From positions 1 to 41,468 of IMG/VR virus record IMGVR_UViG_3300032212_000048: a stretch of 41,468 nucleotides of DNA; one strand, written 5' to 3'. This document shows, one piece after another, positions 26,822 to 35,791 of this stretch. This DNA comes from a virus. Taxonomy: Duplodnaviria; Caudoviricetes. The translations under genes were made by a program, and so were the position numbers. Under the pieces are notes generated by a model that was not told where the DNA came from, did not search any database, and saw nothing but the letters and a program-made list of their open reading frames with translations. The number at the start of each line of letters is the position of its first letter. Within the stretch, counting starts at the first letter, position 1.

Positions 26822-29800
26822 TGCCGGAGCCTACCCGCGACCAGCTAGAAGAAGCGCTAATTAACGCTGATGCCGCAGGCGACACTGACGCCGCGAAACG
26901 CCTTGCGCTTGCGCTCAAGAATGGCGAATACGCGCAAACGCCGGGTATAAACGTCACGCCTGCGCCCGCTGAAAATCCAGCCGCTCGCACGGGTGAGGTG
27001 TTGCAACAGGCGGACCGGGCGGTTCGTGATATACAAGACGTTGAGGCGCAAGACCTGAATGCACGCAAGGGTGCGCGTGATGCGGTTGTCCGAGATCCGG
27101 CAAACAATCCCGTCATTATGGGCGCTTCTGATCCTGTCATGGGCGAAAACTACGTTGACCCTCGGACCTATGATCCAGATGCGACATTTATGGATTACAT
27201 GGATTTTTCCGACGCTGACCAGCAAGCGCCTATTCTGATGCAGCGCGGCGCAACCATGGGCGCAGGCGACGAGCTAGTAGGCGGCATGGCATCGCTAATG
27301 GGGATGGACGGCGGCGAAGTGCGCGACGTGGTAAACCAGTATTACTCGCAAGCTTACGAAGATAGTCCGATTGGAGCGATGGCCTTGGAGCTGGGTGGCG
27401 GTATTCCGTCAATGACAAGCCTTTATTCAGGGCTTGGCAAGATTGGTTTAGGGCCGCGCGGGATCTCTATGATTGAGGGGGGCGCTTATGCGTTTAACGA
27501 TCCGTTTACCGAAGGCGACGGGCTGCTAAACCGTTCAGCTAACGCTGCGGGCGGTGCGGTTGTGGGTAACCTTATGGGGGCGATTGGCAAGAGCGGAGCG
27601 CGTGAAACGCAAAGACAAGCTAATGTGTGGTCTGGCGCAGATACGATCCAACGCGTTGCAGACGAAGAGTTTGGCATAACTCTGACAGAGGGGCAGATAA
27701 CGCGAGATCCAAAGCTCTTTGGACAAGAGGACAATGCGCGAAAAGGTGCGCTCAAATCAGAATCTGCAAACCGCGCAGCGCGAGACGCGTTCAACGATCA
27801 AGAGCGCGACACGCTGATGGCTGCTCGGTCGCTTGGCGGGGCTGATCCTTCGCGAAGCGCTAACCAGGCCGCAAGTGATTTTGGTGCCGCCGTGGTGGAG
27901 CGCACCGGGCAACAGCGCAAGGCTGTGCAAGACGCATACGACGAGGCCGCATCTTACGGCGCCAAGATGACAGAAGAGGGCGTTTCCGGTATGCCTCAAG
28001 CTGTCCGGGGCCGCATGTCGCAAGATAACAACTTACTTCTAGACCAGCTAGAGCGCGGCGTTGTTGCTAAAGAAAAATTCCCTGGCTTCCTTAGTGCCGT
28101 CCGCATGATTGACGATATGGCGGCTAATAATAGCGGGCCGCTTGATTTTCAAATGATCGAGTACAACCGCCAAAACCTTAACCGGCTGATTGATAAGGCA
28201 AACAAGCAAGACGCGCGGGCAATCCTGTCTGTCAAAAGCGCCTTTGACGAGGCGATTGACGACGCCGTGACCAAATCCCTGTTTCAAGGGGATAGCCAAT
28301 TTATTGACGCATACAAAAACGCGCGGTCGTTGCATGCCAAATTCGAGCGCGACTGGGGCGCAAACAAAGTTTTTGAAACCATTGTTGAAAACAACGCCAC
28401 GCCTGAGCAGGTGATTAACCTTGTTTTGGGCGGCTCCAAGCTTGCGAATGATAAAAACTATGGAGTTTTGCTGCAGTTGAAGGAAGCGCTGGCGGATGAT
28501 CCCGAAGCGTGGGCAGACTTGCAAGACGCTTACATCAAAAAGCTGTTCCGCCAGACTGAAAAGACTTTCAACCCAAAAGTTATGCGCGATACGCTAGACG
28601 AATTGCTGTTAAACAAGAATCAAAGCTTTGCGCAACTTCTGTTTGACGATCAACAGTATCAGCAATTGCGGCGTTTCCGGTCGGTTGTCGATAGCATGAT
28701 TCCGCCAGAAGGCGCGCGCAACACGTCTAACACCACAATCGACATACGCCGCGCGATCAATGAAAGCTTTGGCGGTGTGGGCCGTATGCCGGGTGTGCAA
28801 CGCTTGGGGCGTGTCCTTTCTGAGGGGTGGAGCAAGCTGGGCGTGTCTACTGAAGGAATGCGCGTTAAGCGGCAACTCAACCCGCCGCGCGGACTGGACA
28901 CGCGGCGCATCGAAGAGGGCTTTCCAGAAAATCGATTTACGCCGTCTGCTGACCAGTTACCGGGTGCGGGCGCAGGGCGTCAGCCGCGTTCGCTTCAAGA
29001 GGGGATTGAGCAGGCGTCACGCGGCGAGCCGCCGACAACGACGCCTAGCAGCATGGCAGAGGCCATGAACGCGCCGAAGATTGCGCCCAAAGCGCCGACA
29101 TTTGGACGGCGTCAACCGCCACCGGAGCCAGTAACGCCTCCTGTTCCGGAAGAGGGCATGGGCGGCGGACCTCGTGAACCTCAAAGCCTTATGCAAGCTG
29201 TTGACGCAATCGACGCGGAGACACCGGAGGCGATGGTGCGCAGTCTGCAGCAAGACGGGTTCGACATAGTTGACGTGAACGACCTAAACCGGGCGCTGGA
29301 AAATGAGCGCATGGGCCTTAAGACCTACCGTAAGGGGCAAGGCGAAGCCTACGAGATGGAGCTAGACTCATATCAGGCGATGCTTGATGAAGATGACCCC
29401 GTTCAAAATGGGTTGCCTGCGTTTAACAGGAGCAAGCCCGGCGTAAGAGCCGAAATGCCCGAGCCCGGCACGCAAGGAAGCGGCATTCAGATGCAGTTAA
29501 AGGACGGCACGCCAACCACAATTGGCAAGATTTACGAGCTGGCTACGTCGATAAACCCTGAAACCAATAGGCCTTGGACGCGCGCGGAAATTGCGGACGA
29601 GATGATGGTGAGTAAGAACCAAGTTTCTGTGACCTACCACAAGTTGCGTAAGGCGGGATATGCTGTCGATGTGGTGCCTAGCGTTAGCGCGATCGGGGCG
29701 CGGGGCGAAAAAGGGCAAATGATGCTTGCCTTGAAGCGTCAGGGGTTAAGTAACAATGCTATCGCTGACCGCGTTAATCAGGTTTACGGCAAAGACGTTG

Positions 29801-30039
29801 TCCATGGAGGCCGGGATACGACGCCGCAGGCTGTTGGCGTGGCACTGTCAAAAATGAGGCAAACCATGCGCGGGCGTGGCGAGGTGGTGGACTTTGGGCT
29901 TGGGATGATTCCGGGGGGCGCCGCTATCGGAATGTCGCTAACTGAAGGTGAACAATCCGAGGAACAGGCGCTGAACATGCTAGGAACAGATGAAGAAAAG
30001 CGCGCTGCAATGGCTCGCGCGATGCTGGGAGGGCGCTAA
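26821..30039 (+). CDS. Large internal virion / ejection protein with C-terminal tandem HTH-like motifs
   Basis: 1072 aa; ALINADAAGDTDAAKRLA N-terminus, GATMGAGDEL, LTEGQIT. Confidence 0.75.
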   Translation: MPEPTRDQLEEALINADAAGDTDAAKRLALALKNGEYAQTPGINVTPAPAENPAARTGEVLQQADRAVRDIQDVEAQDLNARKGARDAVVRDPANNPVIMGASDPVMGENYVDPRTYDPDATFMDYMDFSDADQQAPILMQRGATMGAGDELVGGMASLMGMDGGEVRDVVNQYYSQAYEDSPIGAMALELGGGIPSMTSLYSGLGKIGLGPRGISMIEGGAYAFNDPFTEGDGLLNRSANAAGGAVVGNLMGAIGKSGARETQRQANVWSGADTIQRVADEEFGITLTEGQITRDPKLFGQEDNARKGALKSESANRAARDAFNDQERDTLMAARSLGGADPSRSANQAASDFGAAVVERTGQQRKAVQDAYDEAASYGAKMTEEGVSGMPQAVRGRMSQDNNLLLDQLERGVVAKEKFPGFLSAVRMIDDMAANNSGPLDFQMIEYNRQNLNRLIDKANKQDARAILSVKSAFDEAIDDAVTKSLFQGDSQFIDAYKNARSLHAKFERDWGANKVFETIVENNATPEQVINLVLGGSKLANDKNYGVLLQLKEALADDPEAWADLQDAYIKKLFRQTEKTFNPKVMRDTLDELLLNKNQSFAQLLFDDQQYQQLRRFRSVVDSMIPPEGARNTSNTTIDIRRAINESFGGVGRMPGVQRLGRVLSEGWSKLGVSTEGMRVKRQLNPPRGLDTRRIEEGFPENRFTPSADQLPGAGAGRQPRSLQEGIEQASRGEPPTTTPSSMAEAMNAPKIAPKAPTFGRRQPPPEPVTPPVPEEGMGGGPREPQSLMQAVDAIDAETPEAMVRSLQQDGFDIVDVNDLNRALENERMGLKTYRKGQGEAYEMELDSYQAMLDEDDPVQNGLPAFNRSKPGVRAEMPEPGTQGSGIQMQLKDGTPTTIGKIYELATSINPETNRPWTRAEIADEMMVSKNQVSVTYHKLRKAGYAVDVVPSVSAIGARGEKGQMMLALKRQGLSNNAIADRVNQVYGKDVVHGGRDTTPQAVGVALSKMRQTMRGRGEVVDFGLGMIPGGAAIGMSLTEGEQSEEQALNMLGTDEEKRAAMARAMLGGR

Positions 30040-30557
30040 TGGGACCGGATCGAGCGCAGGAAATGGCACGGGCGATGCAGATGCACCTGGACGAGCGCAA
30101 GGCGCAGGCGGGGACATTGGGCAACCAGGCGGGCGCTTTGATGGAAGCGGGCGCAATGGGGCTAGGCGAGGCTTATAACGGCCTGTCTATGCCGCAACGG
30201 CCTATAGACGCGGTTATGGCAGGTCGCGGCCCGGTCGAGGGAACGGACGGCGCCGCGCTTTTGCAGGCAATGGCGATGAATAATAGCCCTGAGCTGGGAA
30301 TGCAGGCGGTGCCCACAATGGGCATGTCGCCGCAAGAGCTGGGGATCGGGCCTAGTCCTGAATGGATGGCGGCAAGTGACGCGCAATTGTCTGATATGGA
30401 CTTCAAGCATAATCACCGCGCTTTTCAGCGCGCTATGCGCAAGGCCGCAATGAAGGCCAAGCGGCAGGAATACTCTGACGAGTACGCCGCGCCGCAAGCC
30501 GAATCGGAGCGCAACCGACTCGCGGCTGAGCATTGGGCGAAGCGAAACGGGTCATAA
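30039..30557 (+). CDS. Met/Ala-rich hypothetical protein
   Basis: TAATG overlap; GGAGGG upstream. Confidence 0.65.
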   Translation: MGPDRAQEMARAMQMHLDERKAQAGTLGNQAGALMEAGAMGLGEAYNGLSMPQRPIDAVMAGRGPVEGTDGAALLQAMAMNNSPELGMQAVPTMGMSPQELGIGPSPEWMAASDAQLSDMDFKHNHRAFQRAMRKAAMKAKRQEYSDEYAAPQAESERNRLAAEHWAKRNGS

Positions 30558-30588
30558 GAAAAGCCCGCCAAGGGGAATCAAGGCGGGC
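30556..30588 (-). terminator. Intrinsic terminator for the leftward membrane-protein gene
   Basis: Minus strand reads GCCCGCC-N12-GGCGGGC-TTTTCTT. Confidence 0.65.
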
Positions 30589-30639
30589 AGTTCACTGTTC
30601 GGCCTCTGCGGGCCTGTTATGACGTGTGCTTAGAGAGAC

Positions 30640-31425
30640 CTACACGTCATTCGCTGCAACCAGGCGGAGGCTTGGGCGGTTTCCCCGCATTCCCCCCTTA
30701 GCTGGCTTAGGCTGCTTTGCAGGCGACTTGCGCTTGCGAGCTTTTTCCTCTGCAGCAAACTCTTGATTATAGCGCGTCTGAATACGCGCCGAAACCGCAC
30801 TGATCATGGAACGTATCAGAAAGGCAACAATCTGGTAAATCATTGCCGCGATGCCGATTTCCATAACTGGAAGCGTGGTTTCGCGTAGCTCTGCAATCTC
30901 ACGCTCTGCGTTGATTTTGTCGAGCATTGGCGTTTTTCGCTTGGCGTCATACTGAACAACGTCAGCGCGGCGCGTCTGAGGGCAGAGGCAATCGCGCTCT
31001 GGCAACAGGATGCTGTCCAGCTTGTGCACCGCAGTGTTGTAGCGGTTGGTTGCCTGCTGGATCTGGTCAGCCTTTTGCGCCGCGTCGAATGTGACAACAG
31101 AATTGACCTGCAACGCGCTCCCGACGAGCATGAAGCCTGCCAGAAGGAAAAGGCCCGGAAGCATCAGTTTCCAGCCAGCGCGTGCCCATACAGGGGCAAA
31201 AGCAACTGGCACCATGTCCAGAAGGAAGGCCAGCGCGCCCGCAAAGACCGCCGCAGCAATTGCCAGCGATCCGCTAAGGCCAAGGGCCTGCGTCCACATG
31301 GCCGCGCCGACTGCTGTAGCGCCCGCGATCAGCGCGCAAACGCTGACAACAATAGTATGTGCGATTACGAACGCAGGGGCTTTTTTCGGCCCTTTTCGTG
31401 TGGTAGTTCGTTTCTTGGTCGCCAT
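30640..31425 (-). CDS. Moron-like polytopic membrane protein (about 4 TM)
   Basis: Three N-terminal TM helices, a helical loop with CLC, a fourth TM and a basic tail; own RBS (GGAGACTAA), promoter and terminator. Confidence 0.8.
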   Translation of the reverse strand: MATKKRTTTRKGPKKAPAFVIAHTIVVSVCALIAGATAVGAAMWTQALGLSGSLAIAAAVFAGALAFLLDMVPVAFAPVWARAGWKLMLPGLFLLAGFMLVGSALQVNSVVTFDAAQKADQIQQATNRYNTAVHKLDSILLPERDCLCPQTRRADVVQYDAKRKTPMLDKINAEREIAELRETTLPVMEIGIAAMIYQIVAFLIRSMISAVSARIQTRYNQEFAAEEKARKRKSPAKQPKPAKGGMRGNRPSLRLVAANDV

Positions 31426-31608
31426 GGGTTAGTCTCCGTTTAGCGGCTAGGTTCGGCGGAAGATGATTGAAGCCCACTTCCGCCGTTCCTTTATGTGCCA
31501 AGTAGGAACACATAAGTCAACACCTTTCTGCAAATTTTCTTCGAATTGTGTATTTCTGCAAATTGGTTACACTGCGCGCGGGCTTCGCATATGGATTAAG
31601 GGGCGGCT
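31426..31608. promoter_or_regulatory. Divergent control region
   Basis: Leftward TTGACT (31520-31515) next to inverted repeat TTATGTG/CACATAA. 9-bp leader hairpin at 31454-31485. Direct repeat TTTCTGCAAATT at 31525 and 31553. Rightward TTGTGT-N16-TACACT. Confidence 0.6.
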
Positions 31609-32796
31609 ATGGCGCGCAACGGTTCGGGCGAATACTCGCTGCCCGCAAACACGGCGGCGGTATCTGGGGCAACGATCAGCTCTACAAAGTTTAACTCTAT
31701 CACTTCTGACATTGAGTCGGTGCTCAATACGGCGCGCCCTGTTGTCAAGGGCGGGACGGGCGCAACCACCGCAAGCGATGCCCGCACCAATCTGGGCCTT
31801 GCGATTGGAACGGACGTGCAAGCCTATGATGCGGGCCTTGCATCGATTGCCGGGCTTACAACCGCTGCGAATAAAATGATCTATGCAACTGCGTCAGACA
31901 CTTATGCGGTTGCAGACCTGAGCGCCTTTGCGCGAACGATTTTGGATGATGCGGACGCCGCAGCGGTGCGGACTACGATAGGCGCCGGAACTGGCTCGGG
32001 CGATCTGGTCGCGGCTAACAACCTGTCAGACGTTGCGAGCGCCGCGACAGCGCGGAGCAATTTAGGGCTTAATGGCTTGGCCACTCAGTCGAGCGTCAAT
32101 AACGATGATTGGTCGGGAACCGATTTGGCGGTTGCCAATGGCGGTACGGGCGCAAGCGATGCCTCTACGGCGCGGTCAAACCTTGGCGCGTATGGTTCCG
32201 GTGATGATGCTAGCTTTGGGACACTGACGGCAACAGGCGTCACATCTGCGGACGGGGGAATAGATGTGAATGCATCTATGGGGGCATGGCTTGACGTAAC
32301 GGGCACTAATTCCGGGACGGGCGAGCTTACCGGTATTCTGTGGGCGCGGGGCAAGTCCGGGGATTCTATCAACCAGCTGAACGTTGACGGGCCTGAGTGG
32401 CAGTTTGGCGGAGGGGGCTCACTAGATGCCAGTCCAACATTCATTATAAATTACTCAACTAATGATGTAACCGCGAACGGCGCTTTTACAGCCACTTCAG
32501 TGCGCTCAAAAGTGCCCGTTGATGGCGCCTCAACCGGAACCCTGACGTCAAGTAACATTAATGCGGGCATTAATCTTTCTGGCGACATTACCATTCCGAG
32601 CACGATTGGGTCAGCGCAAGACACAATCGGGCCGCTAAACTCTGGCGGTGCGTCTCGGACCATCACGCGGGGCTCTGGCCTGTCCATGTATGTAAACGGA
32701 ACTAACGTAGCGTCCTGTACGCTTGCGGCGCGTGGCTTGGCTGTGATCTGGTTTCAATCTGCGACGGTCTGCTATGTCACAGGGGACGTTTCCTGA
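31609..32796 (+). CDS. Tail fibre / receptor-binding protein
   Basis: MARNGSG.YSLP...G.TISS..FN anchor; three AR(T/S)NLG repeats, two preceded by GGTGA; G/S/T-rich. Confidence 0.85.
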   Translation: MARNGSGEYSLPANTAAVSGATISSTKFNSITSDIESVLNTARPVVKGGTGATTASDARTNLGLAIGTDVQAYDAGLASIAGLTTAANKMIYATASDTYAVADLSAFARTILDDADAAAVRTTIGAGTGSGDLVAANNLSDVASAATARSNLGLNGLATQSSVNNDDWSGTDLAVANGGTGASDASTARSNLGAYGSGDDASFGTLTATGVTSADGGIDVNASMGAWLDVTGTNSGTGELTGILWARGKSGDSINQLNVDGPEWQFGGGGSLDASPTFIINYSTNDVTANGAFTATSVRSKVPVDGASTGTLTSSNINAGINLSGDITIPSTIGSAQDTIGPLNSGGASRTITRGSGLSMYVNGTNVASCTLAARGLAVIWFQSATVCYVTGDVS

Positions 32797-33188
32797 TGGT
32801 TGTAACGGCAGGAATTTTGACGGGGTTATTCGCCGGATACACTTTCGATGTCGCAGCCGGTACTTATACCGCGCCAGTTGGCAACGCTTGTGACTTGGAG
32901 TTCCGCTCTGACGGAACGATCTATGTAGGCGGTCCCAGCATTGAGGTGCAGCAAGGCAGCTGGATTACGCCAAACGGCGGGGCCGATAGCACATACGACG
33001 TGCGAGCAACCCTGGCGGCTGGCTCGCTTGACAGTGGCACGACCGGCACCTGGTTGGACCTTGGAACCACTCGGGTTTGGAATGTCGGCGTGAACGGGGG
33101 CGCTACGCTGACCATGGAGATTCGGGACGATAGTGCGGCGGTTGTCGCAAGTGGGTCGGTCACCATAAACGGTGGCGGATCAGTTTAG
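32796..33188 (+). CDS. Small beta-rich protein, probable fibre tip / adhesin
   Basis: TGATG-coupled to the tail fibre; G/T-rich with Trp motifs. Confidence 0.6.
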   Translation: MVVTAGILTGLFAGYTFDVAAGTYTAPVGNACDLEFRSDGTIYVGGPSIEVQQGSWITPNGGADSTYDVRATLAAGSLDSGTTGTWLDLGTTRVWNVGVNGGATLTMEIRDDSAAVVASGSVTINGGGSV

Positions 33189-33205
33189 AAAGAAAGGGGC
33201 AAATC

Positions 33206-33877
33206 ATGAGCCTGCAGATTGAAACCAAAGAGGCCATTGCTGCAATGCAGGCCGCAGCCAAAGAGTGCGACGATGTTGTTGCAGCGGCGGCTAACCCGGA
33301 CGAGCTGGGCAATGACCTGGAGGGCACGGGTTATAGCTACATCGTTCAGCGCATTACTGATGCCCGCAACATTCTTAACAATGTCCTGAAGGACGTGGGC
33401 GGGGTGCCTGTGGTGCCTGCAGCGCCCGCGCCGCGTGTTGAGGTCCGCGAGGCTGAACCTGTTGTAGAGCAGGTCACACGGATTGAAGAGGTTGACCGCC
33501 AATCGACGCTAGACAAGCTGGAAGCGCTAGAGGCCGACAATGCCCGCCTGCGCAACCTGGTAGATCAGGGCGTTCAAGAGATTGAAACGGTCATGGCTGA
33601 AAACCAGACGCTTAAGGCTGAAGAGGCTGGCGCGCCTGACGAGGTGACTGAAGCGCTGAAAGAGGTAAAGAAGAAGATCGATGAGCGTGAGGTGCCGTTT
33701 AGCTTCAGCGTCGCGTTTCTAGATGAAGAGGCACAAGAGGGCGAAGACCACGCCGCCACGAATGCCCGCCTATTGGCTGATTACGAGGAACTGCAGCAAA
33801 CCAAACAAGCGCTGAATTTCAACGAAGACCAGCGCCGCGAGCGGCTGCGAGCGGCTTTCTACAGTTTCAGGGGGTAG
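33206..33877 (+). CDS. Acidic coiled-coil hypothetical protein
   Basis: 223-aa ORF; AAAGGGGC upstream. Confidence 0.75.
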   Translation: MSLQIETKEAIAAMQAAAKECDDVVAAAANPDELGNDLEGTGYSYIVQRITDARNILNNVLKDVGGVPVVPAAPAPRVEVREAEPVVEQVTRIEEVDRQSTLDKLEALEADNARLRNLVDQGVQEIETVMAENQTLKAEEAGAPDEVTEALKEVKKKIDEREVPFSFSVAFLDEEAQEGEDHAATNARLLADYEELQQTKQALNFNEDQRRERLRAAFYSFRG

Positions 33878-33880
33878 CCT

Positions 33881-34318
33881 GTGTCCGATGACGCGCTAGT
33901 CAGGTTTGACGATCTTTATAACAAGATCCTCGCCGCTCAAGACGCGTCAGAACCGTTTTTTGAGGTGTTCCGGCAGCATACGGGCAAGGCGTTTATAAAG
34001 GAATTTTTCCTGAAACCGTCGCGCCTGATCATGCAGGAAGTGAGCGAAAGCTACGATAGAGACATTCTGGCCGGGCGCCGCGAGCTGTACATAGGAAAGA
34101 CGGATATAGAGTACTGGGGCTACGAAACAGGGCACCATTTCTTTGAAAATGACATGCGTGTTATAAACGGTCTGCCCTTTCCTGAAGGGTCATTAGATCA
34201 ATATGGTCGGTTAAGCGAGCCTTGGACCTCTCCTACAACTGGGGCAAAAGGCGTTTGGAACGGTCGCAAATATAGATTAGATGTAGGTGACAGGGTTTTC
34301 TTAGTCGGGCTGGATTAG
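33881..34318 (+). CDS. Stand-alone PAS-fold (PAS_4-like) protein
   Basis: KAFIKE, YIGKTDIEYW..E....FENDMRVI and RKYRL..G.RVFLVG match the AFIKD / IGKTD / END.RV / K.PL...LVG pattern of PAS_4 domains. GTG start 3 nt after the upstream stop. Confidence 0.72.
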   Translation: MSDDALVRFDDLYNKILAAQDASEPFFEVFRQHTGKAFIKEFFLKPSRLIMQEVSESYDRDILAGRRELYIGKTDIEYWGYETGHHFFENDMRVINGLPFPEGSLDQYGRLSEPWTSPTTGAKGVWNGRKYRLDVGDRVFLVGLD

Positions 34319-34321
34319 ACA

Positions 34322-34765
34322 ATGATTTCGCGGGATGAATTGCGGGCTGTTCTCAAAAGCATGCGAGACATGTTTGTTGAAAACCGTAATGACCTGAAAG
34401 AAAAAGCCGACAAAGACGAGCTAGAGCGCGTTGCTTCCGGGGTGCTGGGGCAGACCATGGAGCGCGTTGAAAGCAATAATCAGAACATTCTAACCAACCT
34501 GCCCGGCGCTATTGATTCTGCCGTTGACAAGAAACTAGCAGAAAAATTGCCCGCTCTTGTGCGCGAGGAAGTCGAGACGATCCGCGCTTACGAAGACGAG
34601 CAAAGGGAAAGCCGCCTAGCGGTATTCTTTAAGTGGGTCGGCTATGTTACGGGTGTTTTGATTGCGATAACGGCGGCGGCGAGTGCCTACCTGACGTTTT
34701 TCGGCAAAGACAGTCCGGAGGCACACGAGCTGCGGCGGGCGGTGGACCGGGTGCAAGATTTGTAA
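34322..34765 (+). CDS. Coiled-coil protein with one C-terminal TM helix (holin/antiholin candidate)
   Basis: TM segment WVGYVTGVLIAITAAASAYLTFF; located in the lysis region. Confidence 0.65.
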   Translation: MISRDELRAVLKSMRDMFVENRNDLKEKADKDELERVASGVLGQTMERVESNNQNILTNLPGAIDSAVDKKLAEKLPALVREEVETIRAYEDEQRESRLAVFFKWVGYVTGVLIAITAAASAYLTFFGKDSPEAHELRRAVDRVQDL

Positions 34766-34774
34766 GGGGCTGAC

Positions 34775-35791
34775 ATGGCAATTCCGTTTTTGCGTTCTGA
34801 GAGCGAAGAAGAGGTCACACAGGCAATTGCCTTTGTGGGAACGGTTACGATTACTCTCGCGCTTGCGGTGTTTAATGTGGTCGGGGCAATTTCACGCTCT
34901 GAGCCGACAACCGCGCTTGGCGTCCTAGCGGCGGGCTCGTTCGGTGTTCTGCTTGCGGGCCTTGAACTGATGGCTGCTGTGGCGCTTGTGCGGGCGCTTG
35001 TGGCACCTACGCGACTGCGTCTATTTCTTGGCGTTGTGGTGTTTTTCGGGCTTGCCTGGGTCTGCGTCCAAAATGGCAAGTTTGCCGCTAAAGAGATTTT
35101 CCCCGAGCTGAAAACAAACGCCACGCTCCTAGAGGCCAAGGCGGACGTTAAGACCAAAGACGCGACGGCGCAGGATGCCCGCGAGGCCGCAGCGCAGACG
35201 GCGCTACCCGATATGCTGGCAGGCGTGCAGGATGACATTATCGAGGCTGAGCGGCAACAAAGGCTGTTAGAGGCGCAAAGCCCTGAGAAAATCGCAGAAA
35301 TGCAGCAAATGCTTATTTCGAACGGTTATTACTTCTACCAGGTAGATGGGCGGATTGGTCCGGAAACAGAGCGGGCTATGCGCTCTATGGGCGAAGACCT
35401 CCGCAACAAGCTTTCTACCCTGAACGCTCAGGCGGTGCGGTTGCGCTCTGGAATCATCGGTACGGATGAGCCGGAAAGCGAAAGCTCTGATGAGGATAAC
35501 GCAGCCATACAAGCTGCGGTGTTCGCGGATCAGGCCAAGCAAAACCGACAGGCAGGCGTTTGGATAGAGGTTATGCTTTGGGTTGCTGAAGGTGGCCGCT
35601 CGCTTGGCTTGTGGTTGTTCGTGATTACCGGGACGCGAAAGAGCGCTCTGGATGGGCAAGGGGCCGATACGCCAGAAAAGACAAAGGCGCAGCTAAACGG
35701 CGAGCTAGGGGCGGACGCGCGCAAACATAACCAAAAAGGCCGGGAAGGGTCTAAAATCCTGATCCCGCCTAAAGTGAAGGTGTTGGGCTAA
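34775..35791 (+). CDS. Polytopic membrane protein with coiled coil and peptidoglycan-binding (PG_binding_1-like) domain
   Basis: Three N-terminal TMs; IAEMQQMLISNGYY..QVDGRIGPETERAM (Q..L...GY...DG..GP.T..A motif); C-terminal hydrophobic segment. Confidence 0.78.
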   Translation: MAIPFLRSESEEEVTQAIAFVGTVTITLALAVFNVVGAISRSEPTTALGVLAAGSFGVLLAGLELMAAVALVRALVAPTRLRLFLGVVVFFGLAWVCVQNGKFAAKEIFPELKTNATLLEAKADVKTKDATAQDAREAAAQTALPDMLAGVQDDIIEAERQQRLLEAQSPEKIAEMQQMLISNGYYFYQVDGRIGPETERAMRSMGEDLRNKLSTLNAQAVRLRSGIIGTDEPESESSDEDNAAIQAAVFADQAKQNRQAGVWIEVMLWVAEGGRSLGLWLFVITGTRKSALDGQGADTPEKTKAQLNGELGADARKHNQKGREGSKILIPPKVKVLG

